From Chthoniobacteraceae bacterium (lineage in GTDB: Bacteria > Verrucomicrobiota > Verrucomicrobiia > Chthoniobacterales > Chthoniobacteraceae), in contig JANNWY010000196.1 in NCBI GenBank assembly GCA_031409335.1, positions 32,001 through 96,000 of the forward strand: a DNA stretch of 64,000 nt. Direction: 5' to 3'. The notes under the pieces were generated by a model that made no database searches, was not told the origin of the DNA, and was given only the letters and a program-made list of their open reading frames with translations. Made by a program: the position numbers and the translations under genes. The stretch's first letter is position 1. Each line of letters opens with the position of its first letter. This document shows, in pieces, positions 21,752 through 31,139 of the stretch.

Positions 21752-23263
21752 TTACTTCTTCTTCACTTTCGGAAGGACTTTGCGTTCGAGTTTTTCGAGC
21801 GGGTCGCGGAAGGATTCGGAATAAACGGTGTCGGTCGCGGTCGCGCGGTCGAACTCGGCGAGCGCGGTGTTGTAGTCGCCGCGGGATTGCAATTCCGTGC
21901 TGCGGGCTTTCGTGAGCGCGGTGCGCGCGTCGAGCACTTCGAGCTGCGTGCCCGCGCCCGCGGAAAAGCGTTCATTGGCGAGGCGGAGCGATTCGGCGGC
22001 TTGCTCGACGTTCTTTTGCTGGCTGCGGATCGTCTCGCGGGCGGTTTGGAGATTCGCGTAGGCGGTCTGCACTTCGAGGTCCACTTTTTGCACCGAGTCG
22101 TCGTAGTTGATGCGGGCGCTTTCGAGTGCGGCGCGGGCCTGCTTTACCCGGCCAAACGTGGCGAGGCCGTCGAAGATATTCCACTTTCCCGTCACTCCGA
22201 AAAACCATCCGTCCACCGTCTTGTCGAGATCCTCGCTGAGCCGGGAATTGCGGACTTCATAGCCGGCATTCGCATCGAGGCGCGGCTTGTATCCGGCCAG
22301 GGCGACTTTGATTTGCTCGGTCTGCTGGAGGATTTGCTGGCGCTGCACTTTGAGGAAAGGGCGGCGCGCCCGGGCGAGATCGAGCGCCGCCTGCAGTCCG
22401 AGTTGCCGCTCCGTGATTGCGAGGGCGCCGACGGTTTTGAAGGTCGGTTTGCCCTTGGGCCCGGGATCGAGCCCGAGCGTTTTCGCGAGTGCGATTTCCG
22501 CGAGCAAGTGGTTGTTCCGCGCGCGGATCAGATCGGGCTGCACGTTCGCGAGCTCCACCTCGGCGCGGAGCACGTTGAACCGCGGGACCGTCCCGGCTTC
22601 AAAGCGGTTCTTCTGATCGCGAAGCTGGTCCTCCTGAAGCCTCACGGTTTCCTCGGCGACGTTGATCAGCGCACGATTCGTCAGCACGGTGGTAAATTGC
22701 GTCCGCACTGTGGCGATGACCTGATCGACCACGTCGCGCAGTGCGAAATATGCGGCGTCCTCCGCAAACTTTGCGATCTTGATTGCCGAGCGGACCTGCC
22801 CGCCGGCGTAAAGCACCTGCTGCACCTGCATCGTCACCTGCCATGATTTGTTTTGAATCGGACGCGAACCGCTGCTCGACGAGCCGAGCGCCCGCAGGAT
22901 GTCCTGAATCACCGGGTCGATTTCCGTCGATGTATCGAAGCCGCCGCTGCCGCTCGATCCGGTGCCCTGCTCGAACAGCTCCTTTGCGCGCTGATCGTAA
23001 CTGGCCGCCATCGTGAGATGCGGCAGCGCCTCCGCGCGCACTTCGATGATCTGGCCGCGCGTCCGCTCGATTTCCTGAAGTTGCTTGAGAAGATCCGGAT
23101 TCTGACGGAGCGCGATTCCCACAGCGGCATTGAGCGTCAGATCGCCCGAAACCGAGCGCACCAGTTCCCCGACGGCGACGGGTCTACCTTTGGCGCCGGT
23201 TGCGGGTGGAAAAAAAAGTAGCGCGGTGGCGCAGGCGGCAAGACAGGAGCGGGCTAGGAACAT
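21752..23263 (-). CDS. TolC-family outer membrane efflux protein
   Basis: Signal peptide, LTLNAAVGIALRQNPDL, and two OEP repeats (RFEAGTVPRFNVLRAEV; RFSAGAGTQLEVLDART). Confidence 0.9.
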   Translation of the reverse strand: MFLARSCLAACATALLFFPPATGAKGRPVAVGELVRSVSGDLTLNAAVGIALRQNPDLLKQLQEIERTRGQIIEVRAEALPHLTMAASYDQRAKELFEQGTGSSGSGGFDTSTEIDPVIQDILRALGSSSSGSRPIQNKSWQVTMQVQQVLYAGGQVRSAIKIAKFAEDAAYFALRDVVDQVIATVRTQFTTVLTNRALINVAEETVRLQEDQLRDQKNRFEAGTVPRFNVLRAEVELANVQPDLIRARNNHLLAEIALAKTLGLDPGPKGKPTFKTVGALAITERQLGLQAALDLARARRPFLKVQRQQILQQTEQIKVALAGYKPRLDANAGYEVRNSRLSEDLDKTVDGWFFGVTGKWNIFDGLATFGRVKQARAALESARINYDDSVQKVDLEVQTAYANLQTARETIRSQQKNVEQAAESLRLANERFSAGAGTQLEVLDARTALTKARSTELQSRGDYNTALAEFDRATATDTVYSESFRDPLEKLERKVLPKVKKK

Positions 23264-23706
23264 TCGCAGTAGGTGATTATTTTCTCGTAGATTTTGACCC
23301 AGCTTCGCTGCTCGTCGGCATCCAGGCACGCCATCATCTTGAGCAGATTCTCCACCATGTCGTCATGCACTTCGCCGACGATCGTTTCACCGGATGGCGT
23401 GATTTTGACAAGCACCTTCCTGCGATCGGTCGTCGCGTGGCAGCGCGCCACGTGGCCAAGTTTCTCCAGCCGGTCCACCAGCCCGGTCGCCGCCGCGGTG
23501 GTGTGGCCCATCTGTTTTGCGATCTCCGTCATCGTCAGCTCGCCCTTCAACGCGAGAAATCCGAGCAGGAAATACTGTGGGAAGGAGACGTTGCCCCGCT
23601 GCAGTTCCTTTGAAACCGTGAGCATGAATCGGCGCTGAAGGATGGTGCAAATATCCGCCAGCCGCTCGGCATCGCGGCGCATCCGGTCTTCGTCTGGAGT
23701 GGGCAT
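23254..23706 (-). CDS. MarR family transcriptional regulator
   Basis: VSFPQYFLL, LTMTEIAKQM, TGLVDRLEKLGHVAR, DRRKVLVKITPSG. Confidence 0.92.
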   Translation of the reverse strand: MPTPDEDRMRRDAERLADICTILQRRFMLTVSKELQRGNVSFPQYFLLGFLALKGELTMTEIAKQMGHTTAAATGLVDRLEKLGHVARCHATTDRRKVLVKITPSGETIVGEVHDDMVENLLKMMACLDADEQRSWVKIYEKIITYCECS

Positions 23707-23824
23707 ACGCTTAATGTGGGTTGACGTTAAATGCGATAAACTATCGGTCAACCGCTCTTCTTTCCATTCGCGATCCGTCGTCTTCCTTGCCAAGTCCCGC
23801 GCCGAAACGCTACCCTCCGCATCC

Positions 23825-24307
23825 ATGGACATCGAACTTCTCCGCACCGTCTCCATCATGCGGAATCTCAGCGAACAGGAGCTGGCCGAAGTGGCTGCGC
23901 TCTTCACCCGGCGTGACGTCAAGAACAAGGAGCGAATCCTTCAGGAAGGGTATCCGGTGAAACACCTTTATATCGTGTGCGACGGCGTGGCGCACGTCCG
24001 GCGGCTCGCGCAAAAGCGCGAAATGCTGCTGGGCACGATCACCAAGGGAAAGTTTTTCGGGGAGATCAATCTCTTCGACCCTGGCGTTTCCACGGCGTCG
24101 ATTTACGCGATGAAAGATTTGAAACTCGCCCTGGTCGATTACGAATCGCTGCGTGACTACATGTCCGCAAATCCCGCGACCGGCTACAAAATCGCGACCG
24201 GGATGATGAGCGAAATGGCCCGCCGCCTGCGCAGCACCAGCGCGCGCCTGGCGAATTCGATCTACTGGACGGCTGCGGAAACGCTCCAGCCTGAAGGCCC
24301 GATGTAG
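23825..24307 (+). CDS. Stand-alone cyclic nucleotide-binding (cNMP) domain protein
   Basis: LSEQELAEV, ILQEG...LYIVCDG, GKFFGEINLFD. About 160 aa with no Crp HTH. Confidence 0.85.
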   Translation: MDIELLRTVSIMRNLSEQELAEVAALFTRRDVKNKERILQEGYPVKHLYIVCDGVAHVRRLAQKREMLLGTITKGKFFGEINLFDPGVSTASIYAMKDLKLALVDYESLRDYMSANPATGYKIATGMMSEMARRLRSTSARLANSIYWTAAETLQPEGPM

Positions 24308-24359
24308 CGGCGAGAAAAGGCTCGCCGCCCGCATCCGCATTTCCTGAGATGAACGCTCC

Positions 24360-25940
24360 ATGTCGTCCACCGAATCCAGCGCGGCGTCTCCCGCAAAGCG
24401 GGGCCTGACCGCCCTCGCACTCCTCGCGCTTTTTGCCGCCGCCACCGTCCATTTTTCGCGGGATAATCGCTACCCATTTTTCTACCACCCGGACGAATTC
24501 GGCAAAGCCAAGCAGGTCGTGGACGGCACGAAGAGCTTCAACTTCAACCACCCGCTGCTCCTCCTGAACGCCGCGAAGCCGCTCAGGAAAATCGAAGGCA
24601 AAAGCGCGAACGACACGAAGCCCGACAAACTCCAAAAAGCCACCGTCGGTGGCCGCACCGCATCCGCGATTTTCGCCGCGCTCACCGTCGTCGCGCTCGC
24701 GGTCGCGGCGTATTTGCTGGCCGGTCCGGGCGGCGCAGTCGGCGCGGCGATCGTCGCGCTGTTCCACCCGATGCTTTTCGAGCACGCGCACATTTTCAAG
24801 GAAGACACCGCGCTCACCATGGGCCTCGCTCTCACAGTCATGGCCGCCGCGTTTTTCTGGAATAATCCGGCTTGTGGACGACGTGCGATCCTCCTCGGCA
24901 TCGCGGTCGCGCTCGCTGTCTCGGGGAAATACGTCGGCCTCACCGCGCTCGCCATCGCGCTGCCCGTCGTCGTCTTCGCCCCCGGTGAAAAACGCGGGCG
25001 GCGCATCGGCCTTTTCGCCGCCGGATTCGTCGCCGCGTTCGCGCTGTGCAACTACCAGGTTTTCACGCACCTCGGCCTGTGGCGCGAGAGTTTCAACCGC
25101 GAAGTCGGCTACTCGCTCAAGGGCCACCGCGGCCTGCTCGCGCAGGATTCCGTCACTTATTACAAGCGCTGGTTCAGCGGCACCGTCTCCGCCGTCGCCG
25201 TGATTTTCCTCGCGCTGAACGCGCTCCATCTCGCCACCGCGACCACCCGCCGCCGCTCGCTCGCCGAATGGCTGATTTTCCTCTTCCCGTTTGCGTTCAC
25301 CGCCATGCTCATGGCCTCGCCGCGCGTCTCGGACCGCTACTTTTTGCCCGCCGCAGTCCTGTTCAATTTCAACGCGCTCGTCGGCGTGGGCGTCGGCGCG
25401 GAATGGTTCACGCGCGCCTTCGGAAAATTCCGCTTCGCCGGCCAGATCGGGTTTGCCGCGCTCGCGCTGCTCATCGGTTGGAGCGGCCAGTTCGACAAAT
25501 TCGGGAAGACCCGCGCGCAATTCAAAGCCGACGATCGCCAGGAACTCGAAGCGTGGATGAACGACAACCTCCCCGCCGGCAGCAGCGTCGTGCAGGATTA
25601 CACGATCCACCTGCCCGACCCCGGCGATCACAAGCAGGAAGGCATCAAGCGCGCATTCAAACACACCGTGCGCGGCCACGAATTCGTCGCCGAACTCGGC
25701 ACCCTCGCCGAACTCCGCGCGCAAGGCGTCCGCTACGTCGTCACCTCGCCGAAAAAAAGCCAGCGCTACACCGATGGCGGCATGGCGCCGAGCGATGCGG
25801 TGAAGGAGGAATTCGAGCGCCGCAAATCTTTCTACAGCGCGCTGCCGCTGGAGGCGAAGCTGCTCAAAAAATGGGACATGGCGGAGATCGACACGCTGCA
25901 TCCGGGAATCGAACTCTACGACCTTCAGCAGAGGCCGTGA
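24360..25940 (+). CDS. GT-C fold (ArnT/PMT-like, GT39) membrane glycosyltransferase
   Basis: YHPDE after TM1, HPLL, GRTASAIF, HIFKED, SGKY, DRYFLP and many TM helices. Confidence 0.8.
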   Translation: MSSTESSAASPAKRGLTALALLALFAAATVHFSRDNRYPFFYHPDEFGKAKQVVDGTKSFNFNHPLLLLNAAKPLRKIEGKSANDTKPDKLQKATVGGRTASAIFAALTVVALAVAAYLLAGPGGAVGAAIVALFHPMLFEHAHIFKEDTALTMGLALTVMAAAFFWNNPACGRRAILLGIAVALAVSGKYVGLTALAIALPVVVFAPGEKRGRRIGLFAAGFVAAFALCNYQVFTHLGLWRESFNREVGYSLKGHRGLLAQDSVTYYKRWFSGTVSAVAVIFLALNALHLATATTRRRSLAEWLIFLFPFAFTAMLMASPRVSDRYFLPAAVLFNFNALVGVGVGAEWFTRAFGKFRFAGQIGFAALALLIGWSGQFDKFGKTRAQFKADDRQELEAWMNDNLPAGSSVVQDYTIHLPDPGDHKQEGIKRAFKHTVRGHEFVAELGTLAELRAQGVRYVVTSPKKSQRYTDGGMAPSDAVKEEFERRKSFYSALPLEAKLLKKWDMAEIDTLHPGIELYDLQQRP

Positions 25941-27493
25941 AATTGCGGATTGCGGATTGCGGATTGCGGATTTTTTTCGCGCGGGCGCGCGGCAAAGAGG
26001 GCGCGCTTTCAATCCGCAATCTCCTCCTCTGGTGCCTGCCCGCGCTGCTCGTCGGCGCATGGTTGCGCATCGAGCTGCTGAACGGCTGGCGCGGCGGACT
26101 CTACTTCGGCCCGGACTCCGGCTCGTATTGGGAAACCGCCTTCCGTTTCGCGCACGGCGGCGGTTTCGACGTGAGCGGGAAACGTCCGTGGCTGTATCCC
26201 GCGATCGTCTGGCTCGCGGGCCACGGGCCGGTAAGTCCGGCATTCAGCGTCGCGCTTTTACAGCAATTCGCCGCGTGGCTTTCCATCGCCGCACTCGGCG
26301 CGCTCGTGCGGCTCATCGTGCCGCGGTGGAAATGGTTCATCATTCCCGCGACCACGCTCTACGCGGGCCAGCCGGAGATTCTCTATTGGGGCCATGTCCT
26401 CATCGCTGATTCGCTCTTCATTTCCACCACCCTCGCCGTCGCGCTCGGGGCGACGATCTACTGGCTGAAACCCTCGTGGCGCTGGCTCGCGACCACCGCC
26501 GCGCTCGTCTTCATCGCCATGGCGCTGCGCCCGGTCGGACGCACACTCTGGCTGCCGCTCATCCCGCTCGCGCTGCTCGTGCCGAATGTCGCCTGGCGGC
26601 AAAAACTTCTCCACGCCGCCACGCTCACGATTCTCTATTTCCCCGCTTCGAAAGCCACGCGCGTCAGCCAGGGCGAAGACCTGCTCTTCGCGTCCACCTT
26701 TCCGCTCATGCGCCTCGACACCCCGCTCCACGCCGACTTCAAAGCCGAGCTGCGCCCGCAGGTCGAAGCTGCCCGCGCCGATCTGTGGAAATACGTCACC
26801 ATCGGCCAGCGCGAAGTCTGGGGCGATCTCATCGACGACACGCCGGACGATCCAAATTCCGTCCTGCAAAAACTCCGTGCCGACAAAAAGCGCTATGGCC
26901 AGGTCCGCCGCGAAATCAGCCGCGAAGCCCTCCGCGGCGATCCACTGAGTTACGCCGGGATGGTCGCGATGAAGATTTATTCCGTCTTCGCGATCAACCA
27001 CAACCACGAGCGCCTCGATCCCGCACGCTGGAGCGGCGGATCGGAAAAATTTCTCGGAAACACTTTCAAAAAGATCGACCCGCGATTTCCCGCTTACGTT
27101 CTCCGCGATGAAAAGATCGCCGACACCGAAACGCTGCACGCCGCGATGGGCGCGACACTTTCCGGCTCCGCCAGCCAGGCGCGTGTGCTCCGCGCGCTCA
27201 CTTTTTTCGACCGAATCTGCACGCCGTTTTCGCTCAACGGAAAGCAACCCGACCGCTGGTGGTGGATCATCCCCGTCGCGCTCGGCGTCCTCGCTTTCCC
27301 CTGGACCCGCGAAGGCCGCCGCCTGGTGCCCGTGCTGATCCTGGTCGCCGGTTATCTCGCCATGACCTATGTCGTCGGCCGCGCCGTCGGCCGCTACCGC
27401 CTGCCCGTCGAGTTCGCGCTTTACCTCACCGCCGCCGCCGGCCTCGCCACGATCCCGCGCGCCCTCCGCGCCAGATCGCTTGGTGTTCGTTGA
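25937..27493 (+). CDS. Polytopic membrane protein, probable second GT-C glycosyltransferase
   Basis: GPDSGSY, KRPWLYP, LIADSLF, LRP and C-terminal RYRLPVE. The GTG start overlaps the upstream stop but is uncertain. Confidence 0.7.
   Translation: MKLRIADCGLRIFFARARGKEGALSIRNLLLWCLPALLVGAWLRIELLNGWRGGLYFGPDSGSYWETAFRFAHGGGFDVSGKRPWLYPAIVWLAGHGPVSPAFSVALLQQFAAWLSIAALGALVRLIVPRWKWFIIPATTLYAGQPEILYWGHVLIADSLFISTTLAVALGATIYWLKPSWRWLATTAALVFIAMALRPVGRTLWLPLIPLALLVPNVAWRQKLLHAATLTILYFPASKATRVSQGEDLLFASTFPLMRLDTPLHADFKAELRPQVEAARADLWKYVTIGQREVWGDLIDDTPDDPNSVLQKLRADKKRYGQVRREISREALRGDPLSYAGMVAMKIYSVFAINHNHERLDPARWSGGSEKFLGNTFKKIDPRFPAYVLRDEKIADTETLHAAMGATLSGSASQARVLRALTFFDRICTPFSLNGKQPDRWWWIIPVALGVLAFPWTREGRRLVPVLILVAGYLAMTYVVGRAVGRYRLPVEFALYLTAAAGLATIPRALRARSLGVR
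25943..26021. repeat. Heptamer array (TTGCGGA)x4 with a short inverted arm
   Basis: Four perfect units at 25943-25970; complementary caatccgcaatc at 26010-26021. Confidence 0.88.
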
Positions 27494-27538
27494 CGGACTT
27501 GCTATTTCTCTAGTCATGACCGCAAACCCACCCATCCG

Positions 27539-28372
27539 ATGAGCACTCCGATCCTTTGTGGCACTGATTTTTCCGCGAACGCAGCACACGCCGCCGACGC
27601 CGCAGCGGCGCTCGCGATGAAGCTCGGCACCAAGCTGATCCTCGCGCACAGCCTCGATGAGCGCGGGGAAATCCCCGATTATCTCCGTCCGCAACTTCGC
27701 TACACTCTGGAGCCGCGGCTCGCCACCGAAGCGGCGCGCGTGCGAGCTTTGGGCGCGGAGGTCGAGGAACACCTGATCCGCGGCGTGCCCGACGACGGCT
27801 TGCTCGCGCTCGCGGCGAATTGCGGCGCGCGTTTCATCGTGCTCGCCGCCTCCGGCACTGGCGCGCTCGGGCGCTGGATGCTCGGCAGTGTGGCGGAAAA
27901 AACCGCCGAGTCCGCGCCGCTCCCGACCCTCGTGATCCGCGCCGCGCAGCCGCTGGTGGAATGGGCGCGCGGCTCGCGACCGCTCCGTATTTTGGCAGGC
28001 GTCGATTTCACCGCGAACTCCGAGGCCGCGCTGCACTGGATCGCGAGCATCCGCGAAATCGGACCGTGCGAAATCACGCTGGGATTCATTGATGACGGCC
28101 AGGATGAAACGCCCGATGCGGCGCTGCGGGAGCGGGCGCAAAAAATCTTTGGTGACGAGTCGGCGATCATCGTAGAACGCGCCAGCTCCGCACGGATCGA
28201 CGCGCATCTTTTGAAAATAGCCGACGACATCGCCGCGGACCTGATCGTGGTCGGCACGCACCAATGGCACGGCGTGCAGCGGCTGCGGCACGCATCCGTC
28301 TCGCGCCGACTGCTGCGCGATGCGCCAGTGAGCGTCGTGTGCGTTCCCGACCCCAGCGCACTGCCGCGCTAG
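27539..28372 (+). CDS. Universal stress protein (tandem USP domains)
   Basis: ILCGTDFS, LGSVAEK...PTLVI, ILAGVDFT, DLIVVGTH, SVSRRLL. Confidence 0.92.
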   Translation: MSTPILCGTDFSANAAHAADAAAALAMKLGTKLILAHSLDERGEIPDYLRPQLRYTLEPRLATEAARVRALGAEVEEHLIRGVPDDGLLALAANCGARFIVLAASGTGALGRWMLGSVAEKTAESAPLPTLVIRAAQPLVEWARGSRPLRILAGVDFTANSEAALHWIASIREIGPCEITLGFIDDGQDETPDAALRERAQKIFGDESAIIVERASSARIDAHLLKIADDIAADLIVVGTHQWHGVQRLRHASVSRRLLRDAPVSVVCVPDPSALPR

Positions 28373-28464
28373 GCTTGCATTTTTTAACCCGCGCCAATCC
28401 TGAGTTTGTTTCCGCCAACTGAGGGCTGGCGAGGCTGGGCGACCTCGTCTTTAGTGGCGCTCCC

Positions 28465-29586
28465 ATGTCCATCGAGCACACCGACCCGATCAATTCGCAA
28501 ATCCTCGCCGTCTCCGAGGACCAGATTCAGGGCTTCGTCCGTGAGCCATTCGTCGAGATCGCCGAAAAATGCGGGCTGCCGCTGGCGACCGTGCTCGATC
28601 GCATCAAGACGATGCTCGCCGCTGGCACGATCCGCCGCGTGCGGCAGACGCTCGTCGCGAGCAATCTCGCCGAAGGCGCGCTGGTCGCGTGGACCGTGCC
28701 GGAGGATCGGCTGAATGGGGCGTTCGACTTCATGTTTCAAAAGGATCCGTTCAGCGGCCACGTCGTCGTGCGCTCGACGGATCAGCAGACGACCGGCTCC
28801 GAGTTCCGGCTGTGGACCACGCTGAAAGTGCCGGTCGGTCAATCGATGGAGGAACATTGCCGCGTGCTCATGCGCCACACCGGCTGCGAAAAATTCAAGC
28901 TGATGCCCGCGCGCGGCATTTTCGCGCTCGGGGTCGGTCATGTGCGGCGGAAAACGATCGAGCCGGGTGACAAAGTGGAGAGTCCCGCGCAGATGATCAA
29001 AGTGGGCGTCGTCCAGCTCAACGATCTCGAATGGGAAATCCTCCTCGCCTTGAAACGAGAACTCACGCTCGACGAAATCCGCACCGGCCTCTGGGCGACG
29101 CGCGCCGCCGAGGCTGGCGTTGATTTGGAAACATTCTGCCGCGTCGCCGAAGATTTGAATGCGCGCAAAGTCATCGGGCGTTTTTCCACTTTTCTGGAGC
29201 ACGTGAAGCCGAGCGCCACCGGCCAGCGCGTCACGCGTTTCAATGCGCTCTTTCACTGGCGCGTGCCCGCCGGGCGCGAAGTGGAAGCCGGCAGCCAGGT
29301 CGGACGCCACGAAATTTTGACGCACTGCTACTGGCGCGAAGGCGGTCCGGATTTTAACAACGTGAACATCATGGCGGTCTGCCACGGCACCGAGAAAGAG
29401 CGCGTCTTCGCGCACAAAGCCGCAATCAACGCGCACCTCGCCAGCATCGGCATTCCGGTCACCTACACGAACGTCTTCTGGGGTGGCCGCAGCGAAATCA
29501 AGCCGAGCGAAATCTCGCCGAAAGTGCATCGCGAATGGCTCGCCAAGATGGATGCGGGCGAGCCCGCCGTCGTGTCGGCGGAATGA
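28465..29586 (+). CDS. Fused Lrp/AsnC-like siroheme decarboxylase (AhbA/AhbB, NirDL-like)
   Basis: Two tandem modules (EPFVEIAEKCGL...GTIRRV...LVAWTVP; KVIGRF...NALFHWRVP...THCYWR...NIMAVCHG). The second module carries the HCYxR motif. Confidence 0.75.
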   Translation: MSIEHTDPINSQILAVSEDQIQGFVREPFVEIAEKCGLPLATVLDRIKTMLAAGTIRRVRQTLVASNLAEGALVAWTVPEDRLNGAFDFMFQKDPFSGHVVVRSTDQQTTGSEFRLWTTLKVPVGQSMEEHCRVLMRHTGCEKFKLMPARGIFALGVGHVRRKTIEPGDKVESPAQMIKVGVVQLNDLEWEILLALKRELTLDEIRTGLWATRAAEAGVDLETFCRVAEDLNARKVIGRFSTFLEHVKPSATGQRVTRFNALFHWRVPAGREVEAGSQVGRHEILTHCYWREGGPDFNNVNIMAVCHGTEKERVFAHKAAINAHLASIGIPVTYTNVFWGGRSEIKPSEISPKVHREWLAKMDAGEPAVVSAE

Positions 29587-29658
29587 TTGCGCCTTCGATT
29601 TTCACTGAAAGGTGGTAGCTATTGGCACAGCGATTTTCACTCAAACGCCGTCCCACCT

Positions 29659-30999
29659 ATGCTGAACCAACCCATCTCTCGTCGCACCGTCCTTCGCGGA
29701 CTCGGCACCATGATCGCGCTGCCGTGGCTGGAAGGAATGGGGAACGTCAGCGCGTGGGCTGCGGGTGCCGCGCAGGGAAAGACCGCGCCGAATCGCATGG
29801 CATTCGTCTATGTGCCAAATGGCAAGGACATGGCGCAATGGACGCCCAAGCTCGCGGGCGATAAATTCGAGATGCCCGAGCTTTTGCAGCCGCTCGCGCC
29901 TTTCCAAAAAGACCTGCTCGTGCTCACCGGCCTCGCCGCCGACAAAGCGCGACCGCACAGCGACGGCGCGGGCGATCACGCGCGGGCGATGGCCGCATTC
30001 CTCACCGGCGCGCAGCCGCGCAAGACCGATGGCGCCGACATTCGCTGCGGGACTTCGGTGGATCAGCTCGCCGCCGCGCGCGTGGCGGATCAGACGCATT
30101 TGGATTCGCTCGAGCTGGGTTGCGAGGGCGGGAATATGGCGGGCGGCTGCGACAGTGGCTATTCGTGCGTGTATTCGAGCACCGTCTCGTGGCGCTCGGC
30201 GACGCAGCCGATTCCGAAGGAGACGAATCCGAAGCTGGTTTTTGAGCGGCTCTTTGGCAGTCAGGATAATGTCGAGCGCGTCCGCCGGGCGGCGTCGCGC
30301 AAGAGCGTGCTGGATTACATCCGCGAGGACGCGAAGACGTTTAACACGAAGCTCGGACGCGCCGATCAGCAGAAGATGGACGAGTATTTCACGAGCATCC
30401 GCGACATCGAGCAGCGCATCGCCCGGAATGCCGCGCTCGCGCCGATCCAGCCACCCGCGAGTTTCCCCGTGCCGAAAGGCATCCCGGATAACTACGAGGC
30501 GCACATCCGCCTCATGTGCGATCTGATGGCGCTCGCATTCCAGATCGACGCCACGCGGGTCTGCACGCTGGTTTTTGCGAATGAAGGCAGCAACAAAGCC
30601 TACCCGTGGATCGGCGTGAACGAGGGTCACCACGAGCTTTCGCATCACGGCAATGACGCGGGGAAAATCGCGAAAATCCGCTCGATCAATTTGTTTCACA
30701 CGAAGCAGTTCGCCTATCTGCTGGAGAAGCTGAAGAGCGTGCGCGAGGGCAACGGCACGCTGCTCGATCACAGCATGATCGTGTACGGCAGCGGCAATTC
30801 CGATGGCAACCGCCACAATCACGACGACCTCCCCGTGCTCCTCGCCGGACGCGGCGGCGGCACGATCAAGACCGGACGGCATGTGAAGCTGAATGGCGAA
30901 ACGCCGATCTCGAATCTGTGGGTCTCCATGCTCGAACGCATCGACGTGCGCGCCCCGGTCGGCGACAGCACCGGGCCGCTTTCGGTGCTGAACGGGTAA
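29659..30999 (+). CDS. DUF1552 (HXXSHH) family protein with Tat-like signal
   Basis: ISRRTVLRGLG, FVYVPNG, CDSGYSCVY, NPKLVFERLFG, HHELSHH, GTLLDHS. Confidence 0.92.
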   Translation: MLNQPISRRTVLRGLGTMIALPWLEGMGNVSAWAAGAAQGKTAPNRMAFVYVPNGKDMAQWTPKLAGDKFEMPELLQPLAPFQKDLLVLTGLAADKARPHSDGAGDHARAMAAFLTGAQPRKTDGADIRCGTSVDQLAAARVADQTHLDSLELGCEGGNMAGGCDSGYSCVYSSTVSWRSATQPIPKETNPKLVFERLFGSQDNVERVRRAASRKSVLDYIREDAKTFNTKLGRADQQKMDEYFTSIRDIEQRIARNAALAPIQPPASFPVPKGIPDNYEAHIRLMCDLMALAFQIDATRVCTLVFANEGSNKAYPWIGVNEGHHELSHHGNDAGKIAKIRSINLFHTKQFAYLLEKLKSVREGNGTLLDHSMIVYGSGNSDGNRHNHDDLPVLLAGRGGGTIKTGRHVKLNGETPISNLWVSMLERIDVRAPVGDSTGPLSVLNG

Positions 31000-31139
31000 G
31001 GTGGGGAGCGAGCCGCGGGACTCCGCTCTGTTGCGCAAGGCTGGCCAGTTCCGTGGCGACTCGCATAATAGTGCTCCCTCACGTCTGGTTGTCACCGAGC
31101 GCGTGACATTTTACGGGCCACCGGCCAAGACTCAGCGGA

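Noticed and set aside
29623..29638. Sigma-54 promoter (TGGCAC) before DUF1552
   Set aside because: The -12 element reads TTTT instead of TTGC.
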